Assembly: GCA_964252035.1 (NCBI GenBank)
Contig: OZ176216.1
From: Podarcis erhardii
Taxonomy: Eukaryota
Strand: one strand, 5' to 3'
DNA length: 64,000 nucleotides
The translations under genes were made by a program, and so were the position numbers. Under the pieces are notes generated by a model. The model worked only from the letters and a program-made list of their open reading frames with translations, was not told where the DNA came from and searched no databases. This document shows positions 13,030-24,341 of this stretch, one piece after another (within the stretch, counting starts at the first letter, position 1; every line of letters begins with the position of its first letter).

Positions 13030-13790
13030 GAGAAATGAAGACACTGGACACATTATGTAAGGTTAATGGGCATAAAAAGGCCACAACTTTATTGATTACA
13101 GAATTGGAAGGTATTGGCCTTAGGCATTGGCTCCTATCGACTACCCGGCATGGAAACCAGGAAGGGTTGTCCACAAGCCGTGGGAGTCCTGTTGAAGTAC
13201 GCCAACTAGGATCCCACGGGTGTCACCGCTCGGGGGCGTGCCGGGGGCCCTGATCTCCCTAGGCTTCAGACAAGGCAACGCCCCACGGAGTCCTCTACCG
13301 GACTACCCTTTCCATTGGGGAAGGTGATGGCGCTTCCTTCCCCCCCATTCATTTGCATAACAATTGACCCCTGCCAATGCCTAACCGCCAATACCGAGGA
13401 AGTTGTGACGTTTGCTACGAGGTAGGCGAAAAAACCAAAAGGCTTGAAGTGTGCCAAATTGGAAAAATTCCTACCAGGCCCCTTGCGGCGACCAACCGAA
13501 GTCCATAGCAAGGCCATAGCTACCTAAACCTAAAGGGTGGGTGGGATGGGGAAACCGCTCGGCCGGGAAAGGTGAAAGAGGGCGGTCCCCGGGCGTGCCT
13601 GGCCTTAAATGGGCTAGGCCACACCTCCCCGGCCCGCCGATTGGCGGGTGGGGTGGAAGGTACGCCCAGGGATTCCCTCTTCACGCGGGGGCAAGGTCCT
13701 GCCCCCGCATGAGTGGGAGGAGGGTTCTGCCCGCAACCCCCTCTCCTCCCAGTCAGGTCGGAAATGGCTTTGCTAGAAAGGTCAAAGCCT
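13030..13790 (-). mobile_element. CpG-rich terminal-repeat-like sequence (DIRS/Ngaro-type or LTR), non-coding
   Basis: On the minus strand: GC boxes, CCAAT (13644-13640), TATA-like ATTTAAGG (13610-13603) and AATAAAGTTGTGGCC (13093-13079). CpG density is much higher than in the flanks. No TSD found. Confidence 0.5.
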
Positions 13791-13999
13791 GCAGCCTGCT
13801 AATTGTTGCTAGACTCCATCTCCCATTAGCCCTAGCTAGCCAGGATGGCCAGTAGCCAAAGAAGATTGGACTTGTAACCCAGTAATGTTTACAGGGCTTC
13901 AAGTTCCCTGCACCTGGTGGAGAACGTGCCATTTTTTCCTGTCTTTACTTTCTGTGTATAGTTTCTTCTAAGCATGACAGTATAAAAACAGGTAACTTT

Positions 14000-15240
14000 G
14001 TCTGATGGTACAGGAAGAGCAAGATATATAAGAGTTTCTCAAACCACATAATTAGGAAAAAAAACCTGTATAGGGTATGGGAGAAATACAAAAACTTATT
14101 AGAAAGGAAAACACCTATATGGTTGTCACCAACAGAAGCCCTTGCAAGGAAAAAATTTATACACAGACAAATCGGAGTACATTATAGAGACTTGCTAACA
14201 GTCACCGGGGAGGAATATAAATTGAAAGAGTATGGAAAGATAAAGGATCAGGTGGCAGATCTGTTAAGTTACCATCAGCTGAATGCATCATTTAAGTTAG
14301 TTAAAAAATGTGGATTTGCGGAACAAAACTCACAGCTTGAAAGAGAGTTATTAGGCTCCAGGATTAAATTATTATCTAAAATGTATAATTTATTACTTGA
14401 GTGGGACAAAAAGGACAAAATGGTGAAATTATCGATAAGTTGGGCCAGAGACATGGGACAAAACATTGATTTTGCATTATGGGAACAACCGTGGAAATTA
14501 AATTTAATGTTTATGGCATGCTACACACTAAGCGGAAAACTCATGAAGATGATGCACAGGTGGTATTTTATGCCAAACAAACTAGCAAAAATGTCAAAAT
14601 CAACAAAGGGTAACTGTTGGAAATGTAAGATGGCAGAGGGATCCTTTTACCACATGTGGTGGTCGTGTAGCATAATTTAAAACTATTGAGAAATGATTTA
14701 TAATGAACTTTAAAAAATGTTTAAAAAATCATTTCCTAAAAATTCAGAAGCATTTTTGTTGGGTTTAATAACAACAGAAGTTACAAACAAAAGAGAGAAA
14801 TGCGTTCCTATATGTGGCAACAGCCGCCCGTGTGTTATTAGCGCAAAAATGGAAAACAGATAAGGTGCCAACGAAAGAAGAATGGCATATCAAATTGTTA
14901 GAATATGTGGAGGTAGGGGGGATGACCATTAGAATAAGAAATCAAAATGATAAAAGACATAAGGAGGACTGGATATTTTTTATTGAGTATATGAAAAAGT
15001 ATTATAAGCAGACGATCAGCCTAGAAGGATGGTAAGATTCTCAGCAGTGTAAGAAATAACTAGAGTTAAAATAAGGAGTTGCGATAGACGGGCTGAACCA
15101 AGAAAACACAAGAAAAGGAGGAGATATAAGGAACCATGGAAGGAGAGGATGGGAATGTGTTCTGTTTTCTGTTATTTCTAAATTTCTACTTTATTATTAT
15201 TTCAGAGATTCTTTGCTTTTCATATTATTTTTATTTATAC
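14000..15240 (+). mobile_element. 5'-truncated L1-clade LINE fragment (ORF2 C-terminus + 3' UTR)
   Basis: A-rich frame with a CCHC-type knuckle (CWKCKMAEGSFYHMWWSC), then ATAARVLLAQKWKTDKVPTKEEW. Several stops and frameshifts, T-rich 3' UTR, no clear TSD. Confidence 0.85.
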
Positions 15241-15276
15241 CTTGCCTGTATTGAAATATATCAGAAATGCAAATAG

Positions 15277-15504
<228 letters not shown>

Positions 15505-15667
15505 TGACTTGTTTGCTCTTCGTCTCATCATATTCTGCTTGCTACACACACGGGGGTGAGGGTGTAGTCTTGCTGGAAATCCCAGTCCAAGGAAGTCGGA
15601 TGCTATTTCCATTTGTCAGTAGCCACAGACATGGGCATGGTGTGGGGTTGCAGACATATAATCCTTG

Positions 15668-15992
15668 AGGAGGGTTGCAGCTCAGGTGTAGAGTCCCTGC
15701 TTTGCATGCTGAAGGCCCCAGGTTCAGTTACTGGAACCTCCAGGTAGGGCTGGGAATATCCCCTGTCTAAAACCCAGAAGAATCACTGCCAGTCAGTGAG
15801 GACAACATTGAGCTAGATCAGGCATAGGCAAACTTGGCCCTCCAGATGTTTTGAGACTACAATTCCCATCATCCCTGACCACTGGTCCTGTTAGCTAGGG
15901 ATGATGGGAGTTGTAGTCTCAAAACATCTGGAGGGCCGAGTTTACCTATGCCTGAGCTAAATGAACCCATTGCATAAGGCAGCTCCCTATGT
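15668..15992 (+). mobile_element. tRNA-Ala SINE copy split by the hAT MITE; further copies near 5150-5300(+), 31085-31215(-), 38120-38255(-), 41395-41550(-), 50580-50650(+), 53968-54150(+) and 61130-61275(-)
   Basis: gcagctcag...ctttgcatgctgaaggccccaggttcag...ctgccagtcagtgaggacaacattgagctagat [MITE] ...ataaggcagctccctatgttc. Confidence 0.75.
15819..15954. mobile_element. Palindromic hAT-type MITE, 136 bp, with an 8-bp TSD
   Basis: 58-bp inverted arms (CAGGCATAGG...) with 3 differences around a 20-nt loop. Flanks agctagat (15811-18) and agctaaat (15955-62). Confidence 0.88.
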
Positions 15993-18900
15993 TCATGAGT
16001 AAGGGATGGGGGACCAGCAGCCCTCCAGATGTTACTGACTCCAGTTCCCATGGCCCCTGACTGACTGGGATTGATAGAAGCTGGAGTCCTACGGCATATG
16101 GTTCCCCATATCTGCCACTGGGGAAGGAAGACATGACTTTGTAGCCTGCTGTCCATCTTCTTACCATGCTGAGATATTGGAAGCATTATATCTGCACTGG
16201 GTCAAGAAATTACATCCAATATCTGTAGGAAATGGGCATTAATGTATCTGAAAAGTTAGGTTAATAAAAGGTTTCCTCATCCGTTATATTCCAGTTGGAA
16301 CAGATGTCACACGCACAGAGATTTTTATTATTTTATTTCTTGAGGTTTGTGCAAATATTCTCATAGATTTGACACCACTTATCCTTTTGCACTTAATGCT
16401 TAACCTGGAGATGTAACTTGGGCTTCTTTCTTAGTGCCCCACCCCCCCCGGTGATGGGTGGGGAGAAAAGTGATCTGAAAATTATATTTAAAGCCTCAAA
16501 GAAAGCACTTTTGCCCCTCTCCTTCCTACTTTCAGCTGAATAAGGCTTGTGGGCAGGTAGAATGCATCCTGTCCGTGTAATCTCGTCCAGCCGACAGCAT
16601 AACTTGTTTATTATCCTTCCTACGACAGGAGTAATAACTTTTTGATTGACTGCATGGCGGTCAGTGAAACAGGGTCCGTGGAAGATCAAGAGCTTCCGCT
16701 TGCCTAAATTAATGAGTTTTAAAGTGAATTAAAATGCCTCGAAGAGGTTTGGGATGAAATCACATTTCAGAGAACAAAAACGGAATGGATGTCCTCTCTT
16801 TCCCCTGCTTACAGTGGCTAGTTGGACTTACGCTTGACAGCCCATCTGTTATGTCAGAACTCCTTAATAACTGTGTGTGGCTCAGAGTTCTGCTGCTCTT
16901 ACTGCTTGTGACAGGAGATAGTGGTGAGGAAAGGGGAAGCTGTGTTTTAATCATAGCATTTGTAGATATTGCCATGTATTTCTGTGTGGGGCTTCTGCAC
17001 TTGTGTGCCCCATTTCCAGCACCTGCCTCTGCCTACCACAGTTTTCGAACTGGGATGTAGACTTGCTAAGGAGGTGTACACCAGCTTTGCAAAAGAAGTT
17101 AAAAATCAGCACCCTCTCATTTGTTACATTTATCTGTGATGAGACCTTCCCTGCCCTCAGGCTTGCAATCTAAAACATTGTTGTTGGCACCCATCTGTCT
17201 CAGGAGACAATGGAGCGCACCTCTGGGGGTAAAGTCAAACCACTGGGGAATCACAGCGCCTGCTGTGGCTGCAGAGACTGGTAACTCATAACTTCTGCCT
17301 CCAGCATTGTTTTCGCTGTGTTGGATTAAAAACAAACTTTTAGAAAATAGATGATCAACAATTTATATTTCTCTACCCTTTCCTTCAAGAGCTCACATCA
17401 GCTCACACAGGAAGACCCCATTTAATTAATTCATTGGGGTGATTTTGGGCCCGCCCTTCCACTCCAATTCTAGAGCACAAGGTGGCTTACAAAAAAGTAA
17501 TCACTACCAAATAATTCATCACTTTTAAAAAAAATTACACTTGGCCCTCCAGATGCTGTTGGACTCCAACACCCATTATTCCTGACCATTGGCTGTGCTG
17601 GCTAGGGCTGGTGGGAACTGGGAGTCCAGCAGCATCTGGAGAACATAATTCGGAGAGCTGCAGGTCTTCCATCCTGGCAATTTACAAATACATTAGAGCA
17701 ATAATGCCGGTGTCCTTAGAATGACCCTGCGAGGTAAGCTAGGCTGAAAGAGCTCATGGTCCAAGGTCTTCCGGGGAGTTTCAGCAGCAATTCAAACGCA
17801 GCAGCAGTTCAAACCAATAGCCCTGTAATGTAAGCTAGGCTGAAAGAGCTCCTGGCCCAGGGTCATTTGGGGAGTTTCAGCAGCAGTTTGAATGCAGCAA
17901 CAATTCCAACCCATGCTGGTCCAGATCCTGCCACCCGCTGACTTTTACTTTGCCAGAGGCCACCCAGTGAGTCTAAAGGTGCGTTTGCACCCTGGTATGT
18001 GAGATCCACAGCCAAACACCACAGGATTTTTTTCCCTATTAAAAGTTTCATTAGGCGGAATTAAGCCTTGAATCATCTCCCTTATTTAAAGAGGTCCAAA
18101 CAGTTTACAAACATCACGGATGCTTACAGTGACCCTGATAGAAACACATCTGACCTGTAAATGTAAATCCACAAGTTCTCCTCGACCAAAGGCGCCTCGG
18201 ACTACAGTTTGGGAGGTCGTCACAGACGGGAGGAACCTACACCATAGGAGGCTGGTTGATTAAGATGTTTATGAATTGGCCTCCAAACTCTTAATGTTGT
18301 ACATGACGCTCTGCCAGGAATTCTAAGTGTGTGTAATCTTGATAACAAGAGGAGGAGGGGAAAGGATTAAATTGTTATCCAGTAGAATCAATTGCTCCAT
18401 CTTAGGCCAGGCTAGACTAAACGGGCGATTTGTCTAGCCTCCGGTCTCCAGGATCTGGGCAAGCGACTCCTGTATTATTGAGCGTACATTATTAAAAGAC
18501 ATCTTGTAATTTAGGTTGGAATTGAGCAAGCTGCTGAGCTAATAACGGCAAAAGTTATTGAAGTAATTGTGTCTGTCCTGTCTGTTTCCACCACAAGCGG
18601 TTTAATAGGACATCGGTTTTATGTGGTCTGCTGGGCCTGAGTTGTTTTGGAATTTTCCTACAGTTCCACAGGTTCCTGAGTAAGACAGGGCTTTCCTAAG
18701 GTGGCATCAATTAGTACCTGCTGCAAAGGTTAGGGTTCATCACCTAATCCAAGGGTGGGGAACATCTGTGGCCCTATCTTGCCGCCTTCAGTTTGCTCTA
18801 CGGGGACAATGCAGTTGGCCTTCCAGACAGTTGTCTTCAAGTTTTATTGAGATTACATATATCAAGCAATGTTGATCATTCTGATGCTGTACATATACTG

Positions 18901-20879
18901 TGGAGTAGCAGCGGCAGCAGGATGTCCCCCAAATGGTGAAGAATATTTGACATCTACAGCACAGACTGCCACGTTGCACTTGGAATATTCCAACCGAAGA
19001 GCACACCGTGGCGATGGGTGTCTTGGCTACTGATGTTACAGCAGTGATGTAGCATCGGTTGCCTGCGCCCAGCCCAGACGGGCACATGTGCCAGGCCTCC
19101 AGCCCAGCCCTCGCCACTGACACCACTGGAGTGACCCCGCTCTCACTGAAGCAAACTGGGGCCACAGCCAGCCAACGTGGCCCTTGGAGGCCAGAGAGGA
19201 GTACTGGGCTGGGCCACGCTGGGGAACCTGATTCACACCCCCTCCAAAATTGTGTGCTCGGGGCCTTGGCCTCCCTGGTACCACACCGATTCTTAGCCTT
19301 GCACACAGAGAGAGCTTAGCTGTACGTGGAGAGCCTCTGGCCCTCCAGTTGTTGCTGAACTACAGCTGCCATCATCCTTGGCCATTGGCCATGCTGATGG
19401 GAGTTGGGAGTTTAGCAGCATCTGGAAGGGCCAAACCTTATTGTTGCTTCCAGGGAGTTGGGGTTATTGGACAGATAGTGGGGAACTGGCTTCCCAGAGG
19501 GAATGTCATAGGTTCCAGCAACACACATCATCACAAAGGTTGCTGCTGTGTATTGCGGGATTTCAAATTTTGTTTCTGTGCAGGAAATCATAGCATGTGA
19601 TATGACTCATGAAACCCATGCAACAGAGATTATCACCCCCTCCATGTCGTTTTCTTCATGGCCTGTTTTTTTTTTAAGTCTTTGCTGTCCCGATTCCTTG
19701 GCTCATGTAGGGTTTATATTGCCCTGAGTAGCATTTATGAACAGACCGCTTCGAAGCCTGTTTATATAATGCCATTAGCACTTAACTGTTAGCAATTATA
19801 CAGGCCCTGCAAAGCTATTTTCATAGGCTGTATAATAGGGCTCTTAAAAGCAGCGGCGCTACTTGTTAAAAAGGTATTCTAGTGAATTTTGGAGAAGTCC
19901 ATAAAACATCGATATAAGGAGAACTTTTCATGCCTGATAATGCAGAGATGGAGTGGAAAGGAAGGGCGTTGGGGGGCATGAGCTGCCAAGTCTAACCTCT
20001 TCTCTAGACTAAGTGGCTTTAGGTAAACTGCTGTCCCCTCAGCCTTCTTAAGTACAATCTGGGGATAATTAGCACTGGCCTACTTTAAAGGTTTGTTGTG
20101 AGGACTGCTGAGAAGTGCACAGAACACCCTCCAATGCCCTAAGTATTATGGGGTATGCTTAAAAGGCCCCTCTTCCTATAGCATGAATTTATTTTTATTT
20201 TTTTACAACAGCCTCCCCACCTTATGTTCTTATATTTGCTGTGAGAATGGCTATTCCTATTCCAAGTCCTTATTTTGCTCAGTGAAATGTTGGAGAGTAC
20301 AGTTAGTGCTCACTACTGATGCCTGCCCTGGGGTCATCTTTGAAAAGGTGGCTGGGTCCAGGAGTTGTCATTTTAACTCCCCACAATGCCCTGGGGTGAC
20401 GCCATGTCTAGGGCACATATGACATGCAAAGTTAAAGTTTTAACATGCAAAGTTAAAATAGTCATAATAATAACAATTTAAACAATAATAATTTATCTGC
20501 TGCCCATCTGACTGGGTTGCCCCAGCCACTCTGGGCGGCTTCCAGCAAACTATAAAACCACAGTAGGACATCACGCGTTAAAAACCTCCCTACGCAGAGC
20601 TACATAGTGGTTCCCCCGCAAAGACTCTCAGGGCTGTATAGTTAGGTAAATCAGTTCAGGTTGGCTATAGGACACTTTGCTAAAGGCTTCCTCAAACATG
20701 AGCTAGTTCAGCCCTTCTGGAAACAAGAGGACAAGATTGAGGGATCTATCTATCTATTTATTTATTTTAAATGCTGTAAACGGGACACGTACAGCATACC
20801 AGTGAGTTGGGGGGGGGGCGGGAGACAAGGCTTCCTTGGCTGCTCAGTTTGCAACGTGCTGTGTATGGGATCTATTCAT

Positions 20880-21300
20880 AGAAGCTGAAATTAAAGGACG
20901 CCGTTAAAATGCTGTTGTGAACCAGCCAGTCCGACAGCTGCATTGAGTTTGTTTTTCAATTTCCCACTGCCTTTCTTGTTTATTAGCTGTGACTCTGAGG
21001 TCAGAATTAAAATAAACATTTTAATGGCAGCATTTACAGTGTTGGCAGTGGGCACCCCCTGGCTCGGCGCTGTGATCTGGAGTAGTGGTGGTGAGCCGTA
21101 TGGGTGGCGCATGACATGCCCCTCCAGACTTTAAACATTGTCGCAACAGGAGAAACCTCCCCCACTTCTCCCTCTCAACCTCCCCCCCCCCCCGTGCTGT
21201 ACATTGCCAGTAAATCACATATCTGATAAGAATCGCACAATCTGGACTTTTCAGTCCAGAGGAACTGGCTACGCTTGAATTTTGTTTCAGGGGGCCCCAG
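20880..21300. promoter_or_regulatory. Candidate conserved non-coding element/enhancer
   Basis: Repeat-free with about 10 retained CpG. Homeobox (ttaatgg), Fox (taaaca), Pbx-Hox (gtaaatca), GATA (ctgataag) and Meis (tgacat) motifs. Conservation was not tested. Confidence 0.35.
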
Positions 21301-21827
21301 GAGGGGGAAAATAAATGTATATGTACACATTTTTTCCTCCCAACCCTACACATTCCCGTGGTTTGCTCTGACAGATAAGCTAAGATTCACAAGCTTTGTA
21401 AGGCGATTGTAACTGAAGTTGAATGGAAGGTACTTGAGTGTTCAGGTAGATGTACTCCTGTGCTGTCATGCTGCTATGTAAGAAGATCCTTCTGGATCAG
21501 ATCAAAGACCTGTTTAGTCCAGCATCCCATGCTCCCAGTAGCCCCCAAACAGGATGTGAGGGCCATAGCCTTCTCCTGCCGCTGTTCCCCTGAAGGTAGC
21601 ATATAGTCATCATAACTAGGAGCTACTAATAGCATCAACCTCCATTAATTGCATGGCTCCATTGGGAAAGCGAAGTGTATGCTCTCTCTCTCTCCTCTTT
21701 TTTACTCTCTGGCGTGGGGCTGGGGGCTGATCCGGGGGAGAGAGGAGACCAGAGGGGGTGGTACTCAGAAATCAAAATGTATCCACGGGCCCCAAAAGCT
21801 TGTTTACCCTTTAGCCAAGAACTATTG

Positions 21828-21831
<4 letters not shown>

Positions 21832-21867
<36 letters not shown>
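21832..21867. repeat. (GT)n microsatellite; others at 43326-43352 and 57735-57773
   Basis: Direct read. Confidence 0.95.
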
Positions 21868-21869
<2 letters not shown>

Positions 21870-23057
21870 CAGAATCCCTTAGCCAGGATTGATTAGATGT
21901 GGCAAATAAGGTGTTGAGTCCTGGAAAGGGATGTAGTTTTCCTAACAAGTGGAACGCAGCCACTTCATTTTCTGGCAGCCAGACCCATGGCATGGTCTTG
22001 CAAGCGGAGTGTTAAGATGACAGCTCGGTGTCCAAAGTAAACCTTCCATACCGAGTCAACTTTGGAATAGCCCAGATTTTCTGGCACAATACACTACTTC
22101 CACTGAGTCACCAGAAGGCCAGTCTTTTATTTGCCGTAACCAAATTGCGACCGACTGAGCCACGTTCTTCCCACAAGCCGGCAGCACTTGAGAAGCCCCC
22201 CTGTAACATGTGCCCAGCACAAACACAAATCTAAGGATGTGTAAACCTTTGTCCCTTCCTATCTGCAAACATTTCAGCTTTCCCACATGATGGCACCTTA
22301 CATAGGACTTTCCCCAGCCGTCTTGTTGGTTACCTGTTAGCAAGTAAGGCAAGTGATCAGGGTGGTTTTTGCAATCTGGAAGGGAGTTACTTTTTACTTC
22401 AGATGCTGATCATGCTGCACTGATTTACAGAGTAGGTAAATAGACTGTTAACACTTTTTTTTCTAGGCTAACTGTTAAGGTCAATGCCTAGACTGCTGTT
22501 TTGGCAGACAGCCTTGCTGTCCTCTTGCATCATCAAGCGACAGCCATCACTGCAGTGAGATCAGTGCTCCAGCTCTAGCATGTGCTGTGGTTCCCTGTCA
22601 TGGAGAGAGCATAGCTCAGTAGCTGAAAGGGATGTTGGAGCATTCCACCAGAAATGGAAACATTAGCAGAAATCGTCATAATTCACATGTTTCTCCAAGA
22701 TGAGGCATGAAAATCCTGCAAGTGAATGCAAACAGTATATGCTAGCATGGTTTTGAGTCCACAGTAACATTTATGGACTGGCTGGATGCAAAGGAGAGGT
22801 GGGAGGCACCAGCTGAGGAACCCCCAAGGGAATTTAAGGACTAGTGGGAATGCAATCTTATTGAGAATAAGATTTCTGGGGACTTCCTTATTGAGAATGC
22901 CTGCCGGAAGGAGAAAACGAGGTGCAAAGAGCCAGAAGAGCATTATTAGGACTCACAATTCCTCTAAAACAAAGAATCAGCAGAGAGCCAACGCCATCTT
23001 CCCTGGCTCAGAAACAGAGCGGGTTGAGGAAGCCAAGAAAACGGAGCAAATAGAACA

Positions 23058-24335
23058 GTGAATAACAACGTTGGGGCAACCTTACCCCCCCTTAAGGAGG
23101 ATGACAATGACCCGACCCCCCTCCTCCCAGAAAAAGCTAATCCGTCCAAGAGGGCAAGAGCAGGAGCAGGAGGGATTCCTCCCACTCCTAATGCTGACCC
23201 ACCCAGGCCTCTAGAACAAGATATTAGAGGAGCCTGCTTTCAACCGATTCCAGATACGCACCCCTACCAAGAGATTTGCATGTTGTCTGCAGAAACTATG
23301 GTTCTGGTTCTCCAAAGACTAAATGAAATCCTCACCAAAATAGTTAACATTGAAAAACAATTGGATACTAGCTCTTCCCCTTTAAATGCCCAAGGCCTTA
23401 AAAGGATGATAAGAAATGACTTTGTTAACAACTCACCAACTCAATCTATGGATGAAGTGAGGTCCTGTCAAGTCTTGCAAACGAACCAGATAATGCTTGA
23501 GATTCACCGATACACTCATAGGTGGATGAACCGCAGACAAATTACTATGTCCTTGTCTCAGCTCCTGAATTACCATTACCGAAATGTAGATCTAGAAAAT
23601 TTCCACTTCCTGCCTACCGTGAGAAACACCACGCGCCTATTTATGACCTTTAGGTCATCAGCCCTCCCATCTCGACTCATGGAGATAAAGGATACTCTAT
23701 GGTGGTTCCATTCTCTCCGCCCAGTGAGGGTATTTAAGGACGAAACAAGGAGGCAATTGGTCCCTTGCATAGAGTCAAAGCTAATGTGGATAAGGAAAAC
23801 CAAGCTCAACACTAGAAACACTAATTGCCCAAAGGAAAAAAAGGACTCTGTAAGCCTAGAAGTACAAGACCTGAAGAAGAGGCTAATGAGTATAAAGACT
23901 GAGATTTCTACCCAAAATATAAGGCCAGTAGAGCCTAGAGCACAATATTTAAAGACGTCCAACAGCTCTTTATCCCGTAGAAAGACATCAGTGCAACTCC
24001 CTGTTCCTTTTTCAAACGACACCGAATTAGATGAGGAATTTGGCACCTCCGACATTTCTATGGCAACAACCCCTAAAGAACTCTATGTTGCTGACAATCT
24101 GGAGATATCCAGCACCAAATCTACATCTGGACCTTTGCCTAATGTTCCAAAAACCTATCAGAATGATCAGCCTTCTCTACTGTACTCCTGGCGAGACAGG
24201 ATGGACAGATCTTCCGAAGCTGGTTCTTTGTTGGCCAGTGATCCACATTTTATAGCGCATACCTCATTAATACTCCCACAGCCACAGATAGAATCAACAA
24301 TCCTCCAATCAACCCAGGAGGGAGAGGGGGATTGA
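23058..24335 (+). CDS. L2 ORF1 (425 codons open); probable N-terminal part MPAGRRKRGAK... at 22897-23061 in another frame
   Basis: Long open frame directly upstream of ORF2 on the same strand. It has a Pro-rich N-part, a heptad-like segment (VLVLQRLNEILTKIVNIEKQL) and a low-complexity C-part. I recognise no named domain. Confidence 0.75.
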   Translation: MNNNVGATLPPLKEDDNDPTPLLPEKANPSKRARAGAGGIPPTPNADPPRPLEQDIRGACFQPIPDTHPYQEICMLSAETMVLVLQRLNEILTKIVNIEKQLDTSSSPLNAQGLKRMIRNDFVNNSPTQSMDEVRSCQVLQTNQIMLEIHRYTHRWMNRRQITMSLSQLLNYHYRNVDLENFHFLPTVRNTTRLFMTFRSSALPSRLMEIKDTLWWFHSLRPVRVFKDETRRQLVPCIESKLMWIRKTKLNTRNTNCPKEKKDSVSLEVQDLKKRLMSIKTEISTQNIRPVEPRAQYLKTSNSSLSRRKTSVQLPVPFSNDTELDEEFGTSDISMATTPKELYVADNLEISSTKSTSGPLPNVPKTYQNDQPSLLYSWRDRMDRSSEAGSLLASDPHFIAHTSLILPQPQIESTILQSTQEGEGD

Positions 24336-24341
24336 CAGTTA

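Noticed and set aside
18788-19306. 172-aa minus-strand ORF
   Set aside because: No recognisable domain, no splice context and no coding-like composition; expected by chance in a GC-rich patch.
22602-22650. tRNA-like start (gagagcatagctcagt...ccacca) near the L2 5' end
   Set aside because: Only ~48 nt, with no proper B box or cloverleaf; at most a SINE head remnant.
22637-22653. Possible L2 TSD (agcattccaccagaa versus agcatctaccccagaa at 27721)
   Set aside because: Needs a gap and two mismatches, too degenerate for such a young element.
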